Shown piece by piece: positions 40,880-54,700 of a stretch of DNA of 64,000 bases; within the stretch, counting starts at the first letter, position 1, and every line of letters begins with the position of its first letter. A program made the position numbers and the translations under genes. Under the pieces are notes generated by a model. That model saw only the letters and a program-made list of their open reading frames with translations. It made no database searches and had not been told where the DNA came from. This DNA is from Octopus vulgaris (Eukaryota): the NCBI GenBank assembly GCA_951406725.2, contig OX597828.1:51708001-51772000 (forward strand), written 5' to 3'.

Positions 40880-41296
40880 ACCCATGAGGATGAGACACTA
40901 CTGGCTTTCTAAGTGCTTCCTCACCCTTGAATACATCCAACAACTTCAGAAGATGACGAAATAGCCGAGCAAGTGAATAGGGCTTCAGTGAGAGAGATGG
41001 GTGTTGGAGTAATACAATGCAGCTGGCACTGAACGGTGATACCTCCAAAAAATGTATGAAGTGGTTGGCGGAAAAATGCTACGACCTCAGCAGCCCAAAA
41101 TTTTGGTCTCCTAATTCTCCCTTTATTAATGCCATAGGTCATCATGTGGGGGACATGGTTGAGATTGACAGCAACCCCACTGCATAAAACAACAAGGCCG
41201 AGCTGGTGGCTATGTCCAAGTAGATGTTCAATTTTTTTTTACCAGGGAGACTGTGAGAATAGTATGCACAGATTCAGGAGATGTCTACTTTGAATG
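40880..41296 (+). mobile_element. Tc1/mariner (maT/DD37D-like) transposase remnant
   Basis: TSKKCMKWLAEKCYDLSSPKFWSPNSP...VEIDSN..NNKAELVA resembles the HTSK.TQ.WL...WPPNSPDLNP region. Confidence 0.7.
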
Positions 41297-41610
41297 AACT
41301 GTTATCTCCCAGCCATAATTTTGTTTATTTTATTAAAATGCTTTTATCGTTGGATGGGGTATTGTGATTTGAATTACTGGTCATGGGTGATGCGTTGCAT
41401 GCACGGGTAAAACACTTCATTTCACATTTCTCCAGTTCACTCAACAGGTAGAAATGACTATTGCTACGACGGGTCCGGCTTCCGACCAGTAGGCGGGGGT
41501 TATAAAAACCACAGAATTCAGGAAACAACCTCAAGAGCCTATGCCACAGGAAAGTCCATTGTTCATTATATATATATATATATATATATATATCTTGTAT
41601 AAAAGATTGG

Positions 41611-41916
41611 GGGTAAGGTTAAAGTAATGCGACGTAAATGCAAGGTAAATCACAATAAAAGAAATATGTGAATTAAGGCAGACTTACCTTGTATTCAATA
41701 TTTCGGGGTTAAGACTCCATTTTCAAGAAATTGACGAATAATTCCTATGTGCGCGTGTGTGAGTACATCGGCACATCGGCACACACGAGCATCGGCAACA
41801 TTTGTAAATTTCTTGAAAATGGAGTCATAACCCTGAAATATATTTCTAAAATATTTCTACATTAATTCACATATTAATTTTCTTATGATTTATTTCGCAT
41901 TGTTTTCGCCTTACCC
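41611..41916. repeat. decayed fold-back element
   Basis: ATATTTCGGGGTTAAGACTCCATTTTCAAGAAATT / AATTTCTTGAAAATGGAGTCATAACCCTGAAATAT are inverted; outer GGGTAAGG / CCTTACCC. Confidence 0.75.
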
Positions 41917-41976
41917 ACGATATTTTATACAATATATTTTACACAATGCTTCATAGTATTTATTCCATTATAATAC

Positions 41977-42061
<85 letters not shown>

Positions 42062-42451
42062 TGTGTGTGCGTGTGTATGTGTGTGTGTGTGAGCATGTGT
42101 GTGTGTGTGTGTTTGTATATGTATACATATATGGTCCTTTATATTGCTACAAGACTAAGAGGATTTCACGAATCAACCATACGAAACTGAAAGATAAGAC
42201 GTCCCTTAGTATCAAAATATTCAGAAGGAGAAATATTGCAGCCTTCCATTAATGTATGATGATTGAAATATGTAAAACGTATAGTCTAAAAAATTGGGGA
42301 TAGACTACCTAGGCTACAATTACGTAGATCTACAATAGTAGATCTATAAGTTGCACTGCACGAGTGTATACAGCTGGTTGCAAAGCAGGTTATTTTTTAC
42401 AAAATCATATATAGCCTTAGAAAATACATCGAAAAATAGGTGGTAATGTCC

Positions 42452-42782
42452 AAACATTTTGAAAACGTCGTAATTCAAAATGCTACAACACTCAAGTAAG
42501 TTTATTAAATTGAAATCAGTGACAATTCTCGTAACTTTTACAACATTTCGAAAAAACTCGTTGTTCAAAATATTACAAAACTCATGTATGTTTAGTAAAT
42601 TAAAAAAAAGTGACTTTTCTGGTAACTTTTAAAAATCTTGTTCAAAATGATGTAGGTTTAGTAAATTGAAACAAGTGAAATTCGTTGTAAGTTTCATAGC
42701 ATTTTGAAAAAACGTGTTGTTCAAAATATTGCGACATTCAAATAAATTTTGTAAAGTAAAGTGATATTGTAATTTTCATAAC
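42452..42782. repeat. degenerate tandem array, about 4 units of up to about 88 bp
   Basis: Recurrent CATTT(T/C)GAAAA...TTCAAAAT...GTTTA.TAAATT.AAA..AGTGA...GTAA.TTT. Confidence 0.7.
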
Positions 42783-43266
42783 TTAAAAAGTAGCTTTCAT
42801 TTTTAAAAACTTTTCTTGTTCTTGTGTCATGATAGGAAAATGTTTGAATAATGTTTGAAGGTGATGGAATTAAGTTTGTATGCCGTGAGAAAAAGAGTTA
42901 ATCAGAATATTATCAGGGTGAGAAAAAGCTTTCAACTGAAGTTGTTTGAAGCAAATATTGTTGGAAAATATTATTCAGTCGATTATCTGAAATGACAATA
43001 ACCAAACGTGGTGTTCTTTAGATTGCATTTAAACTTATTGAGACTCAATGACTTATTGTAACCAGATTATACATATCCACATTACAAATATGATGTATTG
43101 TATTTCCTCCATTTCACGGTATCAACAGAAAAGTAAAAACCGCGCTGGAGTTTTCAATCCGTCATTTTATTGATATTGTGTTTCAAATACTGTTTCATCA
43201 TTGTAAACTAACAAGCTTGAAACAGAATCCGTTTAAAATGCGGAGATAAAACGCAGATGCAGATAA

Positions 43267-43300
<34 letters not shown>

Positions 43301-44458
43301 AGAAACAAATATACATACATACAGGTATACACACACATATATATGTGGGTATATATACCTGATGAAATAACAATTCGTACATTTCGCTTTTGAGGTATGT
43401 ATTCACCTTTTTCATGTACTCTTCATCTTATTCTTCTTCCAGTATACAGCATTTCCGATCAAGTCACATACACATTAAAAAACATGATGAGCTTGTTAGT
43501 CTTTTGTGATAAATTTCCAAAAGGAGCCACGGATGAGTCTGCTAAACAAAACCATTTTGAAATCGAAATATATTGTTTTGTTTGTGCGTGTGGTTCTTAG
43601 TATGTTTATTTTTATTTATGTACTTCTCGCATTGTACGAATTCTAAGAATGGATTTTATTGAGATGCCTGTCTATACAGCCTCTCTATTGGCCAACGAAG
43701 GCAAAATGTAGTAGAAAAGAAAATGAAAGGAACAGAATTCTTTTTATAACAACTCAGTATGAAAGTAAATAACAATTCTTGACGTTACCAAAGTGAAGAA
43801 AACAAGAAAATAACACAAAAAGAAAATGATCGAAGACGAAGAAGAATGAAAAAGTCCGTTCATCCAATAACTCATCTTTCTATGTAATGTAAGAATTCTG
43901 CTACGTTCTTTGTATATTTATGTGTAGCATATATGTTTGTGTGTGAGAGCAAGAAGCGCTATGTGTACGAATGTGTAAGTTTTGTGACAGTGATTTCTCT
44001 CCTGCTTCCAACTAGGAACAAGGAAAAGATTTCTTTTTTTTTATTTCGTGGTGATGTTCAAATTCTATACATCTTTTCCGAGATGCATACAACTTTAAAA
44101 CATTTCATTTATCTAAGCAATAATAAGGTTGTCAGAAGAGAAAAAGCTAATTTTGGCTTTTCTGGTTTTCTTGAATGCAACCGATGTATATCACGATGTT
44201 CAATGATGCACTTAGATATTTTCCCCTAGTTTTATGCATAAAAGCCACATGATACGCTCATATATGCATACACATGCACAAACACACACATCACATGCAC
44301 ACTCACATACGCGCGCGCAAAGACACAGAATCAAAATATTGCACTTATACATACGTATATATATATATATATATATATATATACTTTTGTACAGTATATA
44401 TAGGTATACATATTCACATATATATATATGTATGTATATATATGAATATATAAATATG

Positions 44459-44510
<52 letters not shown>

Positions 44511-44912
44511 TGTGTGTGTATGTATATATATATATATATAAATATATATATACATGGGCACACATATATATATTCTAAAATATTGCTGTTTCATATACAT
44601 TATTGCGGTTTCATCAGATCGTGTGTTGCTGACGTGACCTAAGACTAGACCAACGAAATTTTACCGCAAATCAAAGCAGAAGAAATGTCCTTTTAAGAGA
44701 ATCAACCAACTGGAACGGCTAATGACCGTTCCCTACAAGGAAGCCAACCCGGCAGGACCGCGAAAAACAAGCCATCACCAGTACTTTAACGAATCAAAAG
44801 TCAGATCCGTTCACGGATAAAAATTATATAAAATACCTCTGATTCCGAAAAACACAGTTACAAGTAAAAGTCCCTGTGCACGACAGAAACTAAACAAAAC
44901 CCTTTTTCTAAC

Positions 44913-44957
<45 letters not shown>

Positions 44958-44963
<6 letters not shown>

Positions 44964-45136
44964 CCTCTGTCTTCCCTTCTCGGGATCTTTCCTTCTCCTT
45001 TGTTTCCGACGAAGAACTCCGCTCGAAACGTTCAACCCTCCTTCTTCCATTCTTTCTTGAGCGTCCAATAATACTTTATTTGTTCCACGTCCTCGCGTTG
45101 CTGTGTTTTTTTGTGTTTTCTTGCTTGGATTAACTG

Positions 45137-45137
<1 letters not shown>
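44958..45137 (+). mobile_element. (TA)n-flanked PLE pLTR-like short element with minimal hammerhead motif
   Basis: Second copy of 14576-14795; motif GTTT-CCGACGA-A-GAAC-tcc-GCTC-GAAA-CG-TT-CAAC at 45002-45036. Confidence 0.65.
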
Positions 45138-45167
<30 letters not shown>

Positions 45168-45764
45168 TGCGCTGATATTTTAAAAGTACAGAATATTTCT
45201 CAGCATGTTTATACTAGAAAATGTACTTAAAGATATATGAACTCTTTTATTTCACTCTGGATGACATTGCTTGTCGCTATATAAAAGGCTTAGAAAATTC
45301 TGTACATATTTTAAAATTAGAAATGGCATACGTTTTTATTCAACATCCCAACAAGTGTTAGGAGGAATTTAAAAACAAAATATAACCATACGGTTGTGAA
45401 AAGTGAATGGTATGACTCAGTGTATGAATGAGTACAACTTGAAGATTTCACGTGATAGTTGTTTAGGATAATATCACTAGGTGCATTTTAATGAAGGTAA
45501 CTGCAGTAGGCTAAAGAGAATAATTTAAATGCGCGATAATTACACGAAAAAAGGCTTTGATTATACTGAAACATTTTTCTTTCCTGCACTTATATATAGG
45601 TAACGGTTAAGGGAGAGTGTGGACTGCTGATAACTGTATATTATATAGTAAAATATATTTAAATGGGTTATTGATATTCGAGAGCTCTAAACTGAGACAA
45701 TTCCTCGAAATTGACGTCGGCAATATGCAAGAGTGTTTTTGACATAAGCAAATATTGAAACGGT

Positions 45765-45768
<4 letters not shown>

Positions 45769-45798
<30 letters not shown>

Positions 45799-45909
45799 TG
45801 TATGTATGTATGTATGTATGTATGTATGCATGTATGTATGTGTGTGTGTATGTATCTATGTATCTATGTATCTATCGATTTATTTATCTATGAAACTTTC
45901 TTTCTCTCG

Positions 45910-45992
<83 letters not shown>
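45769..45992. repeat. (TATG)n/(TA)n/(TG)n microsatellite
   Basis: Directly visible. Confidence 0.95.
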
Positions 45993-46884
45993 ACTTTCTA
46001 TCTGCGTGTCTGGCACTCTATCTACCAGACTGTCTGTCAGTTTGTATCTCTTTTTATTGCTCTATCGATCCATCCTATGTAAGTATCTATCTATCTTTCT
46101 GTCAGTCTATTTTTTGTACGACTACAATCATTTCCGTCATTCACAGTTTTTCGTACGCTTATTTAATCACTAATGATATACTTTCTTCTAACACACATTT
46201 AATCAACACTGTTTTGATAACTAAGCGAAGATTATTCTTACACTGCTAATAAGATATACAGATGAAAGCCGCCATATGTTTTCATAAAATATAATATTAT
46301 TTACTAATATTGTTAAAATTGTTTTGCAAAATAATTGAGTTTATTTCGTTTTCTTTTTTTGAATCTTTAAAAGCAATAGCAAATATTTTACACACTTATG
46401 CTGATGTTGGGTATATGTCATTTGTTTTAATAAAATAGATTTTTCTCATGGCCAGTAAATTTATAATTCTGTATTTTATTTTTCAGTAAAATATTTGATA
46501 TTATTTTGACGTAATTAATTCTATATTGAATTATTAAAATAAAAATGCTTTCAGCGACTTTGCTGCATGAATATCATTTAAATTTAACAGTATTCTGGTG
46601 CGTTTTTAAATATCTTGTTTGTTTCTACATAGAAATCTTTATATAACTATTTCTTTTTACGTTAGTAAGAAACTTGGAAAATAAAGAAAGCAGTTTTAAT
46701 TTTTTATGTATTAATTTCCTTTCTGTATTTGGCTATAATATATCCTAGAGTAAATCCTCGTAAAAGAAATAGAACTGTACAGAAATGCAGATTTTGCAAA
46801 TATATCGAATCAATTAGAAGAAAATTTAATATATGAGAAATGTAGGTGAAATGAAATACTTAAACAATAATGACATGTATTGAT

Positions 46885-47212
46885 GGCACATAGCTCAGCG
46901 GTTAGTATACAGCTCACAATCATGAGGTAATGAGTTTGAATTGCGGACCAGGCTGTACATCTTCTTGAAGAAGACACTTTATTTCAGCTTGCTACAGTTC
47001 AATCATCAGTAGAAATAAATTGCAACGTCACTGGTGGCAAGCTGCATTGACATTTACCCTTCCTTTCGGCAACGTCTCTGGTATGGAGAGAGGGGGCTTG
47101 TATGCATACGTAACTGCCGGTCTTCCATAAATAACCTTCTTCAGACTTGTACTTCGGAGGGGAACTTTCTAGGTGCAATCCCATCGTTATTCATGAAAAA
47201 AGGGGCTCTTTA
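46885..47212 (+). mobile_element. decayed tRNA-derived SINE (family D-like head, different tail)
   Basis: GGCACATAGCTCAGCGGTTAG A-box, GAGTTTGAATT B-box-like motif, then CTTGAAGAAGACACTTTATTTCA core. Confidence 0.55.
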
Positions 47213-47249
47213 CCTTTCATATGTTATTTCTAAAATTCTGACCATACAT

Positions 47250-47351
47250 GTGCAGGAGTGGCTGTATGGTAAGTAGCTTGCTGATCAACCACATGGTTAC
47301 GGGTTCAGTCACACTACGTGGCACCTTGGGGAAGTGTCTTCTACTATAGCC
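47250..47351 (+). mobile_element. SINE family A head, 3' truncated
   Basis: GTGCAGGAGTGGCTGTATGGTAAG...GGGTTCAGTC...GTGGCACCTTGGG.AAGTGTCTTCTACTATAGCC. Confidence 0.8.
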
Positions 47352-47834
47352 ACGACAACGAATGCCTATTTGACGTTTGTAGTTTCAGCAGAATGGGGCG
47401 AGGACCCACACAGCCAGAACATCAATGGACGTCCCTCGCCCTCTCTTCGGTGACTGCTTCATTTCCAGGTTTGCTGACACTCCTTGGCACCTTCGATCAC
47501 TTTATTTATCCATGTCTGTTTATTTGTTATGATGAAACCTCCAGACACGTGTGGAAGCGCATAAGCCCAGTACGTTTGACAATTTGAAGGAAGGCTCTCC
47601 ACGCGGAAGTCGCCCAAATCGGCAGTGCATTGCCGGAGCGAGTGGAGGCCAAAAACGTCTTCAGAAATGCATCAATGAAAACGGATAACACACGATGGAT
47701 GTTACTTTCCACACTTGATTTTGACAAATTCAAATCAGTACGAACGCATTGATGTTAATAAAATTTATAATTATATGTAAAATTTATGATTCTGTGAATT
47801 TTTCGGAAACGTCCGTCCTCTCTGCCTCACCCTG
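47352..47834 (+). mobile_element. 3' half of a Tc1/mariner element with decayed transposase
   Basis: FQQNGARTHTARTSMDV (QQDGAxxH motif), PWHLRS (WPxRSP), RLQKCINENG*H.MDVTFHT*; ends CACCCTG|TA. Confidence 0.75.
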
Positions 47835-48023
47835 TATTTCCTGAAAATTCCAAATAATAAAAATGTTATGTGGGGTTTTAGGGTTGTGCATTCATAAGAA
47901 TTCTTCCCGAAGTTTAATTCCCAATACCATTCGCTATCCTTTTCACAAAGTTTGACAATATATCAGTGAATTACTAGCATCTATATTGACAATACAGACA
48001 GGAAAACGTTCTGGTTTTGTACT

Positions 48024-48093
<70 letters not shown>

Positions 48094-48158
48094 GCTACTA
48101 CTGCTGCTGCTGCTGCTGCTGCAACTACTACTACTGCTGCAACTACTACTACTACCTA

Positions 48159-48389
48159 TTTCTTTATTACCCACAAGGGGCTAAGCACAGAGGGGACAAA
48201 CAAGGACAGACATAGGTATTAAGTCGATTACATCGACCCCAGTTCGTAACTGGTACTTAATTTATCGACCCCGAAAGGATGAAAGGCAAAGTCGACCTCG
48301 GCGGAATTTGAACTCACAACGTAACGCAGACGAAATACCGCTAAGCATTTCGCCCGGCGTGCTAACGTTTCTGCCAGCTCGCCGCCTTA
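48159..48389 (-). mobile_element. SINE family C, well preserved, inserted in (CTA)n
   Basis: Reverse complement reads TAAGGCGGCGAGCTGGCAGAAACGTTAGCAC...GAGTTCAAATTCCGCCGAGGTCGACTTTGCCTTTCATCCTTTCGGGGTCGATAAATTAAGTACCAG. Confidence 0.9.
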
Positions 48390-48427
48390 CTACTACTACT
48401 ACCGCCGCTGCCGCCGCCACCACCACC

Positions 48428-48473
<46 letters not shown>

Positions 48474-50988
48474 ATACTAATACTAATACTAATACTGCTG
48501 CTGCCAAATATACAACTACCGAATATACAAGATCCTTTGGATATGCGTTTACGGGTTCTTTAAAACGTTGAGATATTTCGGAGGAATATCTATGTGAGAA
48601 GACATTGTGTAGCACAATGGTTCAATACTTAATTAACGCTTGCATTTCTTTTGTGGAAAGACGAGCAGATTATGCAATTTCTCATTGTGTTTATGTCAAC
48701 CCAATTCTATTAAAATTAACTTAATTCAGTAATTCTTCCTATATTTAATGGTATCCAGAAAGTTCATCAACGAAATAATGAGGAAAATGAATATTTTATG
48801 GCAAACGTGATTTGAAGTAAACTATGGATAATCTATCCGATATAAAACATGAGTCCTTGCCGTGCTTGCCTTCACATCTTCACAGTTTTCAGTGATTTAA
48901 AGAAAAACCAACAAAATACAGTATTAACGCTGTATTATATTTTAATTTGTTTTTCAATATTTCAAAGCAATAACGATTATTTTATATATAAAAATACTGA
49001 TATTGCTTATTTGTCATTAGTTTTAATACTATACATTTTTTTCTTCGCCAAGAAATATAGAATTCTGTATTTTATTTTTTCCTTTGCAACATATTTAATA
49101 TGGTACTGACGCAATTTTATATTCAGTTAATTAAACACAGAATTGTAGTGAAATGAAGCGAATTTTAGTGGTGGTTCTTTAGTTCTGATCACATAGGCTT
49201 GCGATTAAATACTTTCCAGCATCCTGCATTTTTCGAGGGAAGTGTGTAAATTATAGAATCTGTTTCTTTAATGGTGTTATGTAAGTGAGATTTAATTGTT
49301 ATTTCTTTCAGACGGAATGATTAAATATAAGCACTATCTTAGTTTGTATACTTTGGAGTATAACAAAGCATTTTATCACATTGTAGAACTGTAACCAAAA
49401 ATTATTCTTCATTTTTTTTAAACGAATGTTGGTAAATTTCTCAGTGTCTTATCTCCAACTAATATTTCGTTATTTATCTATTCTTGTTAACTCTTTAATG
49501 TTACTTTATAAAAACATTAACCGTTCTGTAGGGTATTACTTAAGTGGTTGAATGTTGCTACTGAAAAGTTTTTAATAGATTTAAAACACATAATTTATTC
49601 CTCTGTTTAAACTTTCTCTTTTATGCTACATATTTATTTTCGTCTGTTTAGATTTTATTCAAAATGTAACACTAAAATGAATTAAACTACTACGGTTTCT
49701 CAGCAAGACTAAACCACTATTTCTTACAGAAGATTGGTTTCAAACCCAAATATCTTTATACCTGGTTGCAAAAGAAATAACTGAAGCTTTATCTGTTACA
49801 ATTGAAGTCAGTCGTCGTAGGGTGAGGGCTGATTCAAACATCACTTCCTCATTTAGGCGAAACGTACGAGATAAGTAGCGAAACGCTCCCGTCCTTAAAA
49901 TACCAAGATACATTTTAATAAAAAACATGGAAATAGTTTTAAAGGTCAACAGAAGAGCTTGTAGCATCTCAAAATAACTCATACAGTTTCTGAGTGGAGC
50001 AATGCATCTCTGTTTTTAATTTCATCTTTATCATAAACTTAATATGAAAACAATGGTTTTCGGTGCCTCGTCTGATCTGTGATATACAAACAAATGTACA
50101 CCATCAGTATCGTACATAGCCTTACTAAGAGTAATAACTTGCTGAAAATATTATTTACTCAAACAACTTACTATTTGTTTATCTGTTGTTAGTTGTTTTA
50201 CGTGTTACTTAGTACAACAAATCGAAACGTTCTGTCTGCTATCCATTTGACGAAAGGGCGCTACAAACCAGTTACGTAGAGTCTAAAATAGGTGTACCGT
50301 TCACTTTTCCTTTACTATACAAGTCTTATTCTTTAAAATATATCAACTCCAGCTAACTTAGTATAAAAGTAAAATAGTTAAGATCCTTACACAGAAACTC
50401 ATATACACCAGTAACACACATTATTCAGTTAGCCTAATAAATTGATCGTTAAATAAATTATACGAATTCATATTGCTGCAGTGAAAGACAGTTTATGTAG
50501 CTTTAAGTTCATGCGAAGGAATATGTCAAACACCTTGGGTAATTAAACAGCATATGTAAATTAATAATGAACATTAATTTGAAGTAACTGTATAAAGAGA
50601 AACTGAAGTGGTTGCACTTCTTGGGGTATACGGGACTAATTATCGAAATTTGAGAAGGAAGAATTATGTGTCTTGCCCATAAACACAATGAAACCTCGCT
50701 TGAATTCACGATAACCGATTCATTGTTGAAATTAACGAGCGATAAACTCTACCAGTCAGCGTTAGAAATTTAATTACCCAAACTCTGCATGGTTTATAGA
50801 TTAGCTTCTCATAAGGTGTCCTGCAGTATATCTACCATCAAACATTTTAATATATCATTTCAGTTCTTGAGACACTATTATAACATCTGAACGGGGAGTG
50901 TATGAAGATGCTGGAGAGGAAGACGTGTTACCAAACAAGCAAAATCTATATAGATAATTTTCATTAGAAATATACAAAACGAGACGAT

Positions 50989-51021
<33 letters not shown>

Positions 51022-51164
51022 ATAGCAGCAGCAGGAGTGGTAGTAGCAGTAGAGTAATAGTAGTAGTAACAGCAGCAGCAGCCTGTACTGTGCTAAAATA
51101 TATATCCTATCTAGTATCAAGGTAATGTTATATGTCGTTACTGTTATAAGCTGGTTAGCAATAG

Positions 51165-51880
51165 TGCTGAGTTCGTAAAATCGTTTGATCATCCGATAAG
51201 TGACGATGCCATAATTCTTCCAGTTCTATCGAATCTGAGTTCAAGTATCGCATTATATTTTTATCCTTTCAGGGTTGATAAAATACAGTAACAGAGAAGT
51301 ACTGTTGGTAACAACTACTGGTGGTAGACGATGTCAATAAACACCCATTGTCTCAAATTGCTGGTGTCGTGCCTAATTTAGATTAAAATAATTAAGAGAC
51401 CTCTAGAATCACTAGAGAGGTATTTCTTCCGGCTATTCATGTTCTGTTTTCAAATCACGCCGGTCAAATTTGCTTTCCACAGTTTCAAAGTCAACGAAAT
51501 AAGAGATGGCCAAGTAGTGAAGTTGAAGTAATCGACAAACATTTCTACCGAAAGTCGCTAATCGTGCGCTTATCTTGAGATTGTTGAAGGTGTTCACCTC
51601 GAATTATCAGTAAAATGTTGGGCTAAAGTCCGTGCGGTACTTGTTCTGGCTATTTTTGTATTGAATTCATGTTCCACCGCCGTCCACTTTGCCTGTCAAC
51701 ATATTTTTGCCGATAGCATAAGGTGCCACTCAATGATTGAGTGTTGATGTAATCGATTAAACCTCTCCTATTCCATTACTCGCCTTGTCCTAACATATGA
51801 AACAATTACATTTAAGATGGTAAGCAGGCAGAATCGTTATCGAGACAGAGAAAATGCTTAGCGGCATTTCTTTACGGCAT
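51165..51880 (+). repeat. head-to-tail array of 3-4 decayed SINE family C units
   Basis: Roughly 210-bp periodic recurrence of ..TCTGAGTTCAA.. / TTTGC.TTC / GATAAAATA / GATGTAATCGA / GCCTTGT; the last unit starts TAAGATGGTAAGCAGGCAGAATCGTTA. Confidence 0.55.
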
Positions 51881-51924
51881 TTAGTGTGTCAGTATATATA
51901 TATATATGCATGTATGTATGCATG

Positions 51925-51956
<32 letters not shown>

Positions 51957-52394
51957 TGTATGTATGTATGTATGTATGTATGTATGTGTATATATATGTA
52001 TATATACATATATATAATTGCTGTATGGGTGGATAGCGAAACATCTAGAATGTCAATTAAAAATAGTTGACCAAATCCATAGTAATATTCTTTAGTGAAC
52101 ACAAAGAGGAAATTCTGGAAATGCTATTATACTTTTTACTGTAGAATGTTGAAATCAACATCTGGTCTTAAAAAAAAAATCTTGACTAATTTAATTGCAA
52201 AATTTATTTTTCTTTTCTCTTCATTATCACCCCTGAAATTAAAAGACCACTAATTACTAAACAAATAAGTCTGATTATACAAAACGAACGCCTCTTCTTC
52301 CTTCTCCACAATTTTTCTTTCTTCTCCCTTGCTTGGCGAACCCCAGAAAATTAAAAAAAAAAAAAATTACATAAAATCGAAGACAGCGATGTAA

Positions 52395-52437
<43 letters not shown>

Positions 52438-52598
52438 CATCCAACTTTCTGACTACCTTATTATTCGAAATATACAATACATGTGCATTACTTCAAAAGT
52501 CTCTCTCTTTCCTTCCTTCTCTCTCTCTCTCTCACTCTCTCTCTCTCCCTATATATATATACACACATACATATACACACATATATACATACACACAT

Positions 52599-52638
<40 letters not shown>

Positions 52639-53074
52639 AAAAACATCTGTATGTACATGTTCATATTTGTGCACACATACACATACTACACATGAGTACA
52701 CATTATCATTTTTAATAAAATAATTAATATAATTGAAGATTCTTCTCTGTGGTTAAATAAGTTTGGAACGTTTTTGTTATTGTAGCCACAACACAACACT
52801 TTCACAATTATATTTTCAAATTCATCTATCTCTGGATGGCTGTTTTGTTTTGAATATATTTTAAAACTTGAACCTAGAATTTTCTAAACGAGAAAGAGAG
52901 CCAAGTACAGTAGAGGGAAAGCAGCTATTATTTAAGAATTTCCGAACGTGAAGTATTTTGCAGAGTCCAACAACAATGTGGTAAAAATGGTTTAGCAATG
53001 TTTTGAGATCATCTTTAACATATATACAAGTAAATTCATATAGAATTCTCATAGGTAGAATTTCCTCGTATATA

Positions 53075-53500
53075 GTTATGCTAAATTTTGCTGCAGAGTT
53101 TTTTGTGAAGTATAGTTCCATTCTATTTCGGAACTTTGAATTTCCCTTCACATATTTCCAAATATTTTCTTTATTCATGCGTTTAATTTTGATGCGAACT
53201 TCTTTATGAAATGCAGTTCCATTCTTTTTCGGAAGTTTGTGTCGTTCCTTGAGCATTTGTTAAAGTAGATGTTTTTGAATTATACTTCTTCACGTATTTC
53301 CAAATGTTTGCTTAGTGGAATTTTTCCTCTTGTAGCTCCTCTTGTCGAATATGTTGTCTGTGGATTCATGTGCATTGGCAAAGGAAATTATTGGTTTTGC
53401 CAATATAATTCTCCTGCTTTCGGAGCATCTAATGCATTTTTATTTGCGTGTTTGAGATTTGATATAATTTGAACATCGAAGTTTATATTTGGACAGAAAA
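53075..53500 (-). mobile_element. Penelope-like GIY-YIG endonuclease 3' fragment
   Basis: ENYIGKTNN...IHRQHIRQEE / KIPLSKHLEI...FRKRMELHFIKKFASKLNA* (stop at 53175), followed by a partial repeat of the last about 100 bp. Confidence 0.75.
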
Positions 53501-54092
53501 AAACCTGGGATTTCCCGCTTCTTTTCATTGATAACTTATATAAAATTCTACGTTTATATCGGATACATAACCGGATTGAAATAGTCATTGGAATGCAGAT
53601 TAACTTAAAGCTTAACTGGTATTCGGACGTATTACGCTGCTATGCGAGAAAGAGCAAGCTGGAGATTAGAGAGAAATAAACAGCGACAGAGTAAAAGATA
53701 ATGAAATAAACCCAGTGCAAGATATCTATCACACTACTTCACCTCCACTCTCCTTTCTGTCGCCCTCTCGCACACTGTAACTCTATCATTATATCGCCAC
53801 TTATCTCCATTGCTCTTCCTTGCTCGGTTTTGTTGACAATCTTCACTTAAGATATGCCTCTCATTCCGAAACGTCTACGTAATCTCATTTAGCAGTCTTT
53901 TACTCTCTTTCATTATCTTATATAACATCTCTGTCTCTACCTCTCCATTTCTCTCTCTTTCTTAAACAGTGTGATACAAATTATGGAATTCTAAAACCAA
54001 ATTGCATTTAAAAAACATTGTTGCTTTATATTCCAGTATAAATACTATACTTAACTTGCCAATGAGATGGAAAACAATAATATATATATATT

Positions 54093-54130
<38 letters not shown>

Positions 54131-54131
54131 A

Positions 54132-54227
<96 letters not shown>

Positions 54228-54700
54228 AATATATACGGCTTTAAAATGTTCGTTTTGTTAGTTTCTTAAGGAAAGAAAGACACAGACAGACAACTGACAT
54301 ATATGTATACATACATACATACATATCCATGCGTGAATATGTATATATGTATACTAACTAATAGACAGATATAAATATATATGTATACATATATATATGC
54401 ATATACAAACATATATGTATGTTGATATATATGTATGTATACGTCACATAACGTTTCATGCTTTCCATTAATATAATCTGAGTAGATATTCTTTTCGATC
54501 CGCAATAAGTCTGCTGCTGTTGCAGACTGAGACATTTAATGGTATTTAAGCAATCGAAACATATTTATATGGATTACAACAGACATGTAATTCAATAATG
54601 ATAGCCATATTTTATTGATCTAGACTGCTGCTAGTATACCTATATAAATATGCATGTTTTTATATACACAGACACACACATACATACTGATATACATACA

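Noticed and set aside
52861-53256. 131-aa minus-strand ORF as a host gene
   Set aside because: It is an off-frame reading of the PLE endonuclease end and its duplicated terminus.
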